Shown here piece by piece: positions 24,522-33,427 of a stretch of DNA of 64,000 nt. Each line of letters begins with the position of its first letter. The first letter of the stretch is position 1. A model generated the notes under the pieces. It did no database searches, was not told where the DNA came from, and saw only the letters and a list, made by a program, of their open reading frames with translations. Origin of the DNA: Alphaproteobacteria bacterium (lineage in GTDB: Bacteria; Pseudomonadota; Alphaproteobacteria; MPNO01; UBA830); NCBI GenBank assembly GCA_964291215.2, contig OZ219791.1, positions 1,088,001-1,152,000 of the forward strand, read 5' to 3'. Position numbers and translations under genes: made by a program.

Positions 24522-24959
24522 ATGTCTGGACCGTCCCATGACGGCGGATGCGCCTGCGGCGAAATCCGCTACACCGTCGCCCAGAAGCCGCTGCTGTCCT
24601 ATTGCTGCCACTGCACCGAGTGCCAGCGGCGGACCGGAAGCGCTTTCGGGATCTCCATGCAGGTCCGGACTGAGGCGTTCGAGGTAGTGAAAGGGTCGCC
24701 GAAGACCCGGACGCGGATCGCCGACAGCGGCAACGCGATCACGGTGAACTTTTGCGATATGTGTGGCACGGTGCTTTACTCGGCGTCGGTCGCGCGGCCG
24801 CATCTCAGGGTGGTCTATGCCGGGACGCTCGACGATCCTGGCGTGGTGCCGATCCAGCTCAACATCTGGGCCGACAGGGCGCTTCCCTGGGTCCACATGA
24901 GCTCGGAGATCGAGAGGATCCCGGGTCAGCCCAATATGGCCGACTACATCAAGCTGTAG
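24522..24959 (+). CDS. GFA family (glutathione-dependent formaldehyde-activating-like) protein
   Basis: 'GGCACG', 'CHCTECQRRTGS', 'FCDMCGT'. Confidence 0.88.
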   Translation: MSGPSHDGGCACGEIRYTVAQKPLLSYCCHCTECQRRTGSAFGISMQVRTEAFEVVKGSPKTRTRIADSGNAITVNFCDMCGTVLYSASVARPHLRVVYAGTLDDPGVVPIQLNIWADRALPWVHMSSEIERIPGQPNMADYIKL

Positions 24960-24984
24960 CGCCGGCGCCCCGGGGGAAAGCAGG

Positions 24985-25725
24985 ATGAACTACGGAACCC
25001 GCGCCAGGATCGGCATGCTGCTGCCGTCCGTCAACAGGGCCGCGGAACCGGACATGGCGGCGATGCTGCCGCCGGGCGTCTCGATGCACACGACACGCCT
25101 CCGGCTGCGGTCCAGCGCCTCGGCACATGTCCGCGAGATGGTCTCGAGCCTTGAGCAGGGCGCCGAACTGCTTGCCGACGCGGGTGTCGACCTGATCGTG
25201 TTCCACTGCACCGCGGCGTCGATGTTCGCGCCCGGTTTCGACGACGAGATTATCGGCCGCGTCGAGGACGCCACGGGCCGGGCCGCAACCTCGACATCGA
25301 AGGGATGCCTCGACGCGTTCCACGCTGTCGGCGCGCGGAAGATCACGCTCACGACGCCGTACAAACAGGTCGTCAACGACCGCGAAACCGTCTTCCTGAA
25401 GTCGCACGGCATCGAGGTGCTGTCCGATACCGCGATGGGCATCTCGGGCGATGGCGGGGCGATGCTCGCGGTCGAACCCGCGGAGTGGCAGCGGCGCGTG
25501 CGGATGCAGGATCAACCGGAATCGGACGCGGCGTTCATCAGTTGCACCGCGGTGCGGGCTGCCGTGGCGATCGATGCGATCGAGGACGAGATCGGCAAGC
25601 CGGTCGTCACCAGCAACCAGGCGATGCTGTGGCACGCGCTCCGCAAGATCGGCCTCGACGACATTGTGCCCGGCTACGGACGGCTCATGTCCCTGCCCGG
25701 CGCCTCGGAGCAGGCCGCGGCCTGA
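24985..25725 (+). CDS. Maleate cis-trans isomerase / Asp-Glu racemase family protein
   Basis: 'RIGMLLPSVN', 'HCTAAS', 'TPY', 'ISCTAV', 'KPVVTSNQA'. Confidence 0.85.
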   Translation: MNYGTRARIGMLLPSVNRAAEPDMAAMLPPGVSMHTTRLRLRSSASAHVREMVSSLEQGAELLADAGVDLIVFHCTAASMFAPGFDDEIIGRVEDATGRAATSTSKGCLDAFHAVGARKITLTTPYKQVVNDRETVFLKSHGIEVLSDTAMGISGDGGAMLAVEPAEWQRRVRMQDQPESDAAFISCTAVRAAVAIDAIEDEIGKPVVTSNQAMLWHALRKIGLDDIVPGYGRLMSLPGASEQAAA

Positions 25726-25768
25726 CCCCCGGGTTTCCGGCGCCGCGCGGCCAGACGTGAAACCTCGG

Positions 25769-27406
25769 CTATCCGCGTATCTTTCCGGGCTGAACGAGAT
25801 GCCACGGGTCGGGCACCTCGCCAATCGGATACTCGATGAGCGTCGGCCCGGAGGTATCGAAGGCCCGGGTGATGGCGCGTTCGAGTTCGGGCGGGCTCTT
25901 CGCGCGCAGCCCCTGGATTCCGAAGGCGTCCGCGAGTTTCATGAAGTCGGGATTCTTCAGGTCGACCGCGATTTCCTTGCCGTCGAACAGCTGCTGCTGG
26001 AAGCGCTTGACGTTACCGTAGGCGCCGTCGTTGAACAGCACCAGCACGAGATCGATGCCGTGCTGTGCCGCGGTCGCCAGCTCCTGCACGTTGAACATGA
26101 ACCCGCCGTCACCCGAGATCGCCAGCACCTTGCGGTCCGGCCGTCCGACCTTGGCGCCCATGGCGGTCGGGGCCGCATAGCCGAGCGTCCCCTGATAGCC
26201 GGGATGGATGTAGGTGCGCGGGTGGTAGACCGGAAAGACGAGCCGGGCGACATAGCCGGGCTGCGTCAGCTCCTCGACGAAGATCCCGTCTTCGGGCAGC
26301 GCCCGCCGGATCGCCTTCAGTATCGGCATTTGCGGATCGAGCCGGTCGAACTCTTCCTGGAGGGCCGACCTCAGCGCCGCGATCTTTTCGGTGCGCGATG
26401 CGCGGGCGCGATTGTGGCGCGGCACCGCGTCGAGAAGCGCGTCCAGGCCTGCCGCCGCGTCGGCGCAGACCGACGCGGCCGGCGTATGGTTGCGGCCCAT
26501 TTCTCCGGCGTCGATGTCGACGCGTACCACCTTGAGTTCATCATCTGTCCCCCAGACAGGGACCATGGGCACGAGCCGCGTGCCGACGCCGAGAACCACG
26601 TCCGCGTCCCGCCACAGCTGGTGGCCGTGCGGCGGGGTGAGCGCCAGGGGATGGCGTGAACTGACGGCGCCGAGCGCGCCGCGCGTCATGACCACCGGCG
26701 CCTGCAGCATCTCGGCAAGCGCAGCGAGTCCGGCGCCGGCATCGGCGGCTCCGCCACCGGCGATGATGAGCGGCTTTTGCGCGCTGCCGAGGAGTCGCGC
26801 CGCGGCCTCGACATCGTCGGGGTCGGGGGCGACGGCGGTGCCGTCCGGTGCGGGATCGAGCGGCTGCACGCCGGCTTCAGCGTGCATGACGTCCATCGCC
26901 ATCTCGATCATCACCGGCCGCTTGCGGCCACTCATGAGCTGGTGGAAGGACTCGCCGACGACTTTCGGCGCATCGCCGGGCGTGTCCATGCGTGCCGCCC
27001 ATTTCGTGAGTCCGCGTGCAAGTCCCAGCTGGTCGGGAATCTCGTGGAGTTGTCCGGTCCCCTTGCCGATCAACCGGGAGGGGATCTGGCCGACGATGCA
27101 CAGGAGCGGCGCATTCACGGCGTACGCGGTCGCGATCGCGGACGACGCGTTGAGCAATCCCGGCCCGGGAACGACGATCGCGGTACCCGGCCTGCCCGTC
27201 GCCATGGCGTAGCCCAGCGCCATGTAGCCGGCTCCCTGCTCGTGGCGCGTGTGGATGACCCGGATGCGGTTCCGCGCATCGTGAAGCGCGGCGAACAGCG
27301 GATCGAGCTGGACGCCGGGGATCCCGAACACGGTGTCGACGCCGTGGCGCGCGAGCGCATCGACGATCGCCTCGCCGCCGGTCATCCGTGCCGTCTCGTC
27401 CGTCAT
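25769..27406 (-). CDS. Thiamine pyrophosphate-dependent enzyme (acetolactate synthase-like)
   Basis: 'VFGIPG', 'RHEQGAGYMA', TPP motif 'GDGGFMFN...FNDGAYG'. Confidence 0.88.
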   Translation of the reverse strand: MTDETARMTGGEAIVDALARHGVDTVFGIPGVQLDPLFAALHDARNRIRVIHTRHEQGAGYMALGYAMATGRPGTAIVVPGPGLLNASSAIATAYAVNAPLLCIVGQIPSRLIGKGTGQLHEIPDQLGLARGLTKWAARMDTPGDAPKVVGESFHQLMSGRKRPVMIEMAMDVMHAEAGVQPLDPAPDGTAVAPDPDDVEAAARLLGSAQKPLIIAGGGAADAGAGLAALAEMLQAPVVMTRGALGAVSSRHPLALTPPHGHQLWRDADVVLGVGTRLVPMVPVWGTDDELKVVRVDIDAGEMGRNHTPAASVCADAAAGLDALLDAVPRHNRARASRTEKIAALRSALQEEFDRLDPQMPILKAIRRALPEDGIFVEELTQPGYVARLVFPVYHPRTYIHPGYQGTLGYAAPTAMGAKVGRPDRKVLAISGDGGFMFNVQELATAAQHGIDLVLVLFNDGAYGNVKRFQQQLFDGKEIAVDLKNPDFMKLADAFGIQGLRAKSPPELERAITRAFDTSGPTLIEYPIGEVPDPWHLVQPGKIRG

Positions 27407-27795
27407 GTCGACCCGCCCGCAAGGCGGAAGCTTGCCGTCACCGATCCCTCGTGGTGCCGGAGCCAGATGGTCAGGCGCTCGCCGTTGCGGCGGTAGCTGT
27501 CCCCGGTCTCCGGCTCCCAGCCGAGCGCCGGGAGGACGCGTCGGTAGAAGGCCCGGACGGCGTCGATGTCGGCTTGTCCGCGCGCGACGGCGGTCACCAC
27601 GCGGCCATAGGCGCTGTCGAACACCATGCCCTCGCCGGGAACCTCCTCCAGCCCTTCGGCAATCGGCATGTCGTCGATCCGCGAGAGATAGGCGGGCTCT
27701 GCCGCCAGGGGAGAGAGCAACAGCAGTAGCGCGGCGACGGCTGCGCTCGCCTGGCGGACCAGCCGCGCAGGAAGCCTATCTCTGGCGTGCGGCAC
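27403..27795 (-). CDS. Hypothetical exported protein; start uncertain
   Basis: Signal-peptide-like 'AVAALLLLLSPLAA' then 'DDMPIAEGL...FDSAYGR...FYRRVLPALGW'; operonic between mutM and the TPP enzyme. Confidence 0.65.
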   Translation of the reverse strand: MPHARDRLPARLVRQASAAVAALLLLLSPLAAEPAYLSRIDDMPIAEGLEEVPGEGMVFDSAYGRVVTAVARGQADIDAVRAFYRRVLPALGWEPETGDSYRRNGERLTIWLRHHEGSVTASFRLAGGST

Positions 27796-28630
27796 AATAG
27801 AATGTCGACCGGCCGGCCTGCACGATGCGCCGGATGCCATCATCGCACTCGCAATCGGGGCAGGGTGTTCCGTCACGGCCATAAACCTTGAAGTTATGCT
27901 GAAAGTAGCCCAACTCGCCGCTCGGCGCTACATGGTCGCGCAGCGACGAGCCGCCGGCCTCGATTGCGTCGCGGAGAACCTCGCGGACGGCGTCGGCGAG
28001 ACGGGCGGCGCGGACGCCGCGTATGGTGGCCGCCATCCGGCGCGGCGACAGCCGGGCGACATACAGCGCCTCGCAGGCATAGATGTTGCCGACACCGGCC
28101 ACTACCCGCTGGTTGAGCAGGGCCGCCTTGACGGACATCCTGCGGTCCTCGAGGCGTGCGGTGAGGGCGGGACCGGTGAAGTTGGCGGAGAGCGGCTCCG
28201 GCCCGAGGTTCCGGATCAGCGGGTGATCCGGAAAGCCGTCCTTGTCGGTCAGAGTTATCAGGCCGAAACGCCGCGGGTCGGAAAACCGCACCGTGGTGCC
28301 GTTGCCGACCCGGAACACGATGTGTTCGTGGTCGCGGTGGCGTCCGGGATCCGCGTTTCCGGCGCCCGCCGCGTCGGCGGGGTCGATCACAATCCGGCCC
28401 GACATGCCGAGATGAGCCAGCAGCACCGTGCCGTCGTCGAATTGTCCGACCAGGTATTTTGCGCGGCGCTCGAGGCGCAGCAGGGTGCGCCCGCGCAGCC
28501 GCTCGGCGAAGTCGGCGGGAACCGGGATGCGCAGGTCGCGCCGGCGCACCTCGACGCCTTCGATGCGGCGCCCTTCCATGGCCGCTGCCAGTCCGCGCCG
28601 GACGGTCTCTACCTCGGGGAGTTCGGGCAT
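27776..28630 (-). CDS. mutM: Formamidopyrimidine-DNA glycosylase
   Basis: N-terminal MPELPEVE, 'HLGMSG', 'GVGNIYACE', C-terminal zinc finger. Confidence 0.97.
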   Translation of the reverse strand: MPELPEVETVRRGLAAAMEGRRIEGVEVRRRDLRIPVPADFAERLRGRTLLRLERRAKYLVGQFDDGTVLLAHLGMSGRIVIDPADAAGAGNADPGRHRDHEHIVFRVGNGTTVRFSDPRRFGLITLTDKDGFPDHPLIRNLGPEPLSANFTGPALTARLEDRRMSVKAALLNQRVVAGVGNIYACEALYVARLSPRRMAATIRGVRAARLADAVREVLRDAIEAGGSSLRDHVAPSGELGYFQHNFKVYGRDGTPCPDCECDDGIRRIVQAGRSTFYCAARQR

Positions 28631-28676
28631 GGCGCCAGCCTAGCCGGAACGGCGGCTCTGCGCTATCCTCCGCGCC

Positions 28677-29432
28677 ATGAGCCTTTCGACCGACCGCGAC
28701 GGGGTTGCTTTCGGCTTCCGGCGGGTGGCGGAGTCCGAGCATGGTGGCCTCGTCGGCCAGATCTTCGACAGCGTTGCGGGCCGTTACGATCTGATGAACG
28801 ACCTGATGTCGGGCGGCCTTCACCGGCTGTGGAAGTCGGCCCTGATCGCCCGGATCGCGCCGCGCCCTGGCATGCGTCTTGTCGACGTTGCGGGCGGCAC
28901 CGGCGACATCGCCGCGGCCTTTCTCGCCCGCGGCGGCGGCGAGGCGATCGTCTGCGATGTCAACGAGAGCATGCTGCAGGCCGGCCTCGACCGCCGCCTC
29001 GACCGCGGCATCCTCGAGCCCCTGCCCCAGATCTGCGGGGATGCGCAGGCCCTGCCCGTCCGCGACTCCTGCGTCGATGTCTGCACGATCGCGTTCGGAC
29101 TGCGCAATGTCGCGCGGCGGCCGGCGGCACTGGCGGAGATGCGGCGCATCCTCGTTCCCGGCGGCCATTTCCTGTGCCTCGAGTTCAGCCCCGCCGTGCT
29201 GCCGCTGCTCCGGCCCTTTTATGACGCCTGGTCCTTCCACGTGCTTCCGCGGCTCGGCGGTCTGATCGCCGGCGACAGTGACGCCTACCGCTATCTCGCG
29301 GAAAGCATCCGGATGTTCCCGGGCCCCCACCAACTGGCCGGCGAGATCGGCGAGGCGGGCTTCGGCAATGTCACCCACCTTTCGCTGAGCGGCGGGATCG
29401 TTCGCATCCACTCCGCCTGGCGTGTCGACTAG
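28677..29432 (+). CDS. ubiE: Ubiquinone/menaquinone C-methyltransferase
   Basis: 'YDLMNDLMSGGLHRLWK', 'DVAGGTGD', 'IAFGLRNV', 'YRYLAESI'. Confidence 0.95.
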   Translation: MSLSTDRDGVAFGFRRVAESEHGGLVGQIFDSVAGRYDLMNDLMSGGLHRLWKSALIARIAPRPGMRLVDVAGGTGDIAAAFLARGGGEAIVCDVNESMLQAGLDRRLDRGILEPLPQICGDAQALPVRDSCVDVCTIAFGLRNVARRPAALAEMRRILVPGGHFLCLEFSPAVLPLLRPFYDAWSFHVLPRLGGLIAGDSDAYRYLAESIRMFPGPHQLAGEIGEAGFGNVTHLSLSGGIVRIHSAWRVD

Positions 29433-29469
29433 GCCGGCAGGAGCATGGCGGCGCGGCATATGACGGGGC

Positions 29470-31002
29470 ATGCGACACCTTAGGCGGGCCGTGACGGTGT
29501 TCCGCGTGCTTGCGCGGCACGATGCGGCCTTCGTTCTCGAACGCTTCGGCACAGTCCGCCTTCCTGTCCGCGCTGCCGGCTGGCTGCTGCTGGCGCCGCG
29601 GAGCCGCGAGGTTGCCGGCATGCGCCGCGGCGAGCGGCTGCGGACGGCGCTGATCGCGCTCGGGCCGGCCTTCGTCAAGATCGGCCAGGCCCTCTCGGTG
29701 CGTCCGGACCTGGTCGGCGAGGAGATGGCCGACGACCTCGCGGCGCTCCTGGACGACATGCCGTCGATCGGCGGCGGCGAGGTCAGGACCGCCATCGAGC
29801 GCGAGTTCGGACAACCGCTCGACGAGCTGTTTTCCGAATTCGAGGACGAGGCAGTCGCCGCTGCGTCCATCGCCCAGGTTCATCGCGCGACCACCACGGA
29901 GGGCGTGGAGGTCGCGGTGAAGGTGCTGCGCCCGAAGATCGAGGATGCGTTTGCGCGCGACCTCGGCCTCGCGCGCTGGGCCGCCGGCCTGATCGAGCGG
30001 CGCCTGCCGCGGTTCCGGCGTCTGCGGCCTGCCGACGCCGTGGAGACGATCGCGCGCTCGGTCGAGATGGAGATGGACCTCCGGCTCGAGGGAGCGGCGG
30101 CCGACGAACTCCGTGCCAACTTCGCCGACGAGGCGTATTTTTCCGTGCCGGAGGTCGACTGGCAGCGTACGGGCCGCCGCGTGCTCACGATGCGCTGGGT
30201 GAACGGCGTTCCGATCGACCGCATCGGCGGAGAAAACGGCGGCATCGACCCTGGGGAGGTCGTGGCCAGCCTTGCCCGGATCCTCTTCCTCCAGGTGTTC
30301 CGGGACGGCTTCTTCCACGCCGATCTGCACCCGGGCAACCTGTTCGTCGATCAAGACGGCGTTGTCCATGCCGTGGATTTCGGAATCATGGGCCGGCTCG
30401 ACCTGGCGTCGCGCCGGTATCTTGCCGAGATGCTGCACGGCTTTCTGATCGGCGACTACGACCGGGTGGCGCACGCACACCTGCGCGCCGGCTACGTGCC
30501 GCCGTACCACTCGTCGGCGGAGTTCGCGCAGGCGGCGCGCTCGATCGCGGAGCCCATTCTCGGCCTGCCGCTCGGCGAGATCTCGCTCGCCCGCCTGCTC
30601 GCCCAACTGTTCGCGGTGACCCGGCGCTTCGACATGCAGACCCAGCCGCAACTCCTGCTTCTCCAGAAGACCATGCTGGTCGCTGAAGGTGTCGGGCGCG
30701 GGCTCTGCCCGGGCCTCAACATGTGGGAATTGGCGCGCCCGCTGGTCGAATCGTGGATGCGCTCGGGCGACGGGGCCGAAGCCCGCCTGCGCGAGGTTGC
30801 GGACGGGTTGCTCGATGCTCTCGAACGGTTCCCGCAGGTCCTGAAGGAACTCGAGAGATCGGCCGCGGACGCCGCTGGTCGCCGGCAGGAGGACAGTGCG
30901 CCGGTGGAGCCGGCGGCGGATCGGACTGCGCCCGGGCGCGAATGGCCGGGCTGGGTTGTGGCCGCGGTCCTCGTGCTCGCCGCCGTCGCCGTACTCAGCT
31001 AG
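29470..31002 (+). CDS. ubiB: Ubiquinone biosynthesis kinase-like protein
   Basis: 'LGPAFVKIGQ', 'AAASIAQVH', 'GFFHADLHPGN', 'DFGIMG'; follows ubiE. Confidence 0.93.
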   Translation: MRHLRRAVTVFRVLARHDAAFVLERFGTVRLPVRAAGWLLLAPRSREVAGMRRGERLRTALIALGPAFVKIGQALSVRPDLVGEEMADDLAALLDDMPSIGGGEVRTAIEREFGQPLDELFSEFEDEAVAAASIAQVHRATTTEGVEVAVKVLRPKIEDAFARDLGLARWAAGLIERRLPRFRRLRPADAVETIARSVEMEMDLRLEGAAADELRANFADEAYFSVPEVDWQRTGRRVLTMRWVNGVPIDRIGGENGGIDPGEVVASLARILFLQVFRDGFFHADLHPGNLFVDQDGVVHAVDFGIMGRLDLASRRYLAEMLHGFLIGDYDRVAHAHLRAGYVPPYHSSAEFAQAARSIAEPILGLPLGEISLARLLAQLFAVTRRFDMQTQPQLLLLQKTMLVAEGVGRGLCPGLNMWELARPLVESWMRSGDGAEARLREVADGLLDALERFPQVLKELERSAADAAGRRQEDSAPVEPAADRTAPGREWPGWVVAAVLVLAAVAVLS

Positions 31003-31112
31003 AGGGCGGCGGACGCCGACGCATGTCACCCGTCGGCGGGCTCGCTGCCACCGCCTTTACATCACGCTCCGAAGCGCTAGTCTGCGTCGTCGGTATTGCC
31101 GGGAGGGGCGCA

Positions 31113-32051
31113 ATGAATCACACGGGCGTGGACAGGCTGGTCTATGGTGTGCGCGATCGTGACGCGGCGTCCGGTTTCTGGACCGATTTCGGGCTCGAGC
31201 CTGCCGGCGACGGGGGCGGGCATACCGCCTGGCGCGCCGCCAACGGCGCTACGATAGAGCTGCGGCCGGCCGATGATCCCGATCTTCCTCCGCCCGTCGG
31301 CGCCGATGTCGACGCCACCCTGCGCGAGGTCACGTTCGGGGTGCAGGACGCCGCGGACCTCGATGCGCTGGAGGAGGCCCTGTCTCCGGATCGCGAGGTG
31401 CGGCGTGACGCCGAGGGCGGCATCCGGACTACCGATCCGCTAGGCTTCGGCCTCGCCTTCCGTGTCACTAGGAATCGGCCAGTTGCGGCGGCCGAACAGG
31501 ATGTCAACGTGCCTGGCCGGGCGACGCGCGTAAACCGGCGCGCGCCGAGAGTTGATCGTGCGCGGCCACTCGAGGTCTCGCATGTCGTCTATGTGACCGA
31601 CGAGCTCGAGGCGCACAAGGAGTTCTATGTCGACCGCCTCGGCTTCAGGGTCACCGACATGTATCCCGGGCGCGGCTATTTCACGCGGTGCAGCGCGGCG
31701 CACCACCACCACAACCTGTTTTTGCTCAATCCCGGGGGCGGCAAGCGCGGCTTCCACCATGTCGCCTTCGAGGTCGGAACGATCCACGATCTGTTCGGCG
31801 GCGGCAACAACATGACCCGGCAGGGCTGGAAGACCATGCTCGGCCCGGGCCGCCACCCTATCTCATCGTGCTATTTCTGGTATTTCCACAATCCCTCGGG
31901 GGGTGCGGCGGAATACGATTTCGATTCCGACGTGGTCGACGACGACTGGGAGGCCGCGACCTGGGAATCGAAACCCGAGAACTTCGCCGAGTGGTGCCTT
32001 GCCGAAGGCATGGGCGAAGCGCTTCTCTATGATGGCATCCAGCGCGGCTGA
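31113..32051 (+). CDS. VOC family protein (extradiol dioxygenase-like)
   Basis: 'SHVV', 'HHNLFL', 'HHVAFEV', 'GPGRHPISS...FWYF...EY'; GGAGG RBS. Confidence 0.85.
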   Translation: MNHTGVDRLVYGVRDRDAASGFWTDFGLEPAGDGGGHTAWRAANGATIELRPADDPDLPPPVGADVDATLREVTFGVQDAADLDALEEALSPDREVRRDAEGGIRTTDPLGFGLAFRVTRNRPVAAAEQDVNVPGRATRVNRRAPRVDRARPLEVSHVVYVTDELEAHKEFYVDRLGFRVTDMYPGRGYFTRCSAAHHHHNLFLLNPGGGKRGFHHVAFEVGTIHDLFGGGNNMTRQGWKTMLGPGRHPISSCYFWYFHNPSGGAAEYDFDSDVVDDDWEAATWESKPENFAEWCLAEGMGEALLYDGIQRG

Positions 32052-32078
32052 CACCGAGACCGGTAGATTCCGTTCGGC

Positions 32079-32948
32079 ATGAAACCTGCACCCTTCAACT
32101 ATGTCCGCGCCACCGGGATCGATGACGCGACGGCGGCTCTCGCGAGCGCCGGCGGCAGGGCGAAGATCCTCGCCGGCGGCCAGAGCCTTGTTCCGATGCT
32201 CAATTTCCGGCTGGTCGACGCCGACCTGTTCGTCGACATCAACCAGGTCGGCGGTATCGACGGCATCGAGGAGTCCGGGGACGGCCTCCGCATCGGCGCA
32301 CTCGCACGCCATCACCGGATCGAGACGTCGGACGCGGTTCGCGAGCACTTTCCCGTGCTTGCTGCCGCGATGCAGCATGTCGCCCACCTCGCGATCCGCA
32401 ACCGCGGGACCATTGGCGGCAGCCTGTCGCACGCTGATCCCGCGGCCGAGCTTCCGGCGATGTCGCTTCTCCTCGACGCGACGATCGAGACCGCGGGCCC
32501 GTCGGGCGGACGGGCGCTGGCGGCGCGCGATTTCTTCGTCGCCCCCCTTGTGAACGCCCTTGATGACAGCGAGATGGTCACGTCGGTCGTCCTTCCCTGC
32601 CTGCCGCCGGACGCGGGCTGGGGGTTCGACGAGGTAGCCCGGCGCCGCGGCGACTTCGCGATCGCCGGCGCCGGTTGCGTGGTCGCGCTCGAGAACGGCG
32701 CGGTGTCCGAGGCGCGGATCGCGCTGATGGGGGTTCACGACACGCCGCTTCGCGCGACCGCGGCGGAGGCGCTGCTCGTCGGCAACAGCCCCGACGGCGA
32801 TGCCATCGACGCGGCCGCGGCTGCAGCCCGAGATGCCGTGGAGCCGATGAACGATCTTCACGGTTCTGCAGATTACAGGCGCCATCTGGCCGGGGTCGTG
32901 GTGCGCCGCACCCTGGACGCCGCCGTCGCGCGAGCGGAGGCCCGGTGA
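32079..32948 (+). CDS. Mo-hydroxylase FAD-binding (CoxM-like) subunit
   Basis: 'MKPAPFNY', 'LAGGQSLVPMLN', 'IRNRGTIGGS...ADPAAE'. Confidence 0.9.
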   Translation: MKPAPFNYVRATGIDDATAALASAGGRAKILAGGQSLVPMLNFRLVDADLFVDINQVGGIDGIEESGDGLRIGALARHHRIETSDAVREHFPVLAAAMQHVAHLAIRNRGTIGGSLSHADPAAELPAMSLLLDATIETAGPSGGRALAARDFFVAPLVNALDDSEMVTSVVLPCLPPDAGWGFDEVARRRGDFAIAGAGCVVALENGAVSEARIALMGVHDTPLRATAAEALLVGNSPDGDAIDAAAAAARDAVEPMNDLHGSADYRRHLAGVVVRRTLDAAVARAEAR

Positions 32949-33427
32949 TGGACGACAGGGTTCAGGTCACCATGACCGTCAACGGCGTCCGCCATGTTCG
33001 CGAGATCGAGCCGCGTCTGCTCCTGGTCGATTTCCTCCGCGAGGATATAGATCTCACGGGAACTCATGTTGGCTGCGAGCACGGCGTCTGTGGCGCCTGC
33101 ACGGTGCTGATGGACGGCGACAGCGTGCGATCCTGCCTGACCCTTGCCGTACAGGCCGATGGCGCCGAGGTCGAGACCGTGGAAAGCCTGGGCAGCGTCG
33201 ATTCGCTCAACGATCTCCAGCAGGCGTTCCGCGCCCATCACGCGCTCCAGTGCGGCTACTGCACGCCGGGCATGCTCATGACCGCCACCGATCTTCTCCG
33301 CAAGTATCCGCTGGCTACCGACGACGAGATCCGCGACGGCATCTCGGGCAACATTTGCCGCTGCACCGGCTACCAGAACATCGTCGCTGCGATTCGCGAG
33401 GTCGCCGACCGGAGGAACGGACAATGA
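32948..33427 (+). CDS. Mo-hydroxylase 2Fe-2S (CoxS-like) subunit
   Basis: 'GCEHGVCGACT', 'QCGYCTPG', 'CRCTGY'. Confidence 0.92.
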   Translation: MDDRVQVTMTVNGVRHVREIEPRLLLVDFLREDIDLTGTHVGCEHGVCGACTVLMDGDSVRSCLTLAVQADGAEVETVESLGSVDSLNDLQQAFRAHHALQCGYCTPGMLMTATDLLRKYPLATDDEIRDGISGNICRCTGYQNIVAAIREVADRRNGQ

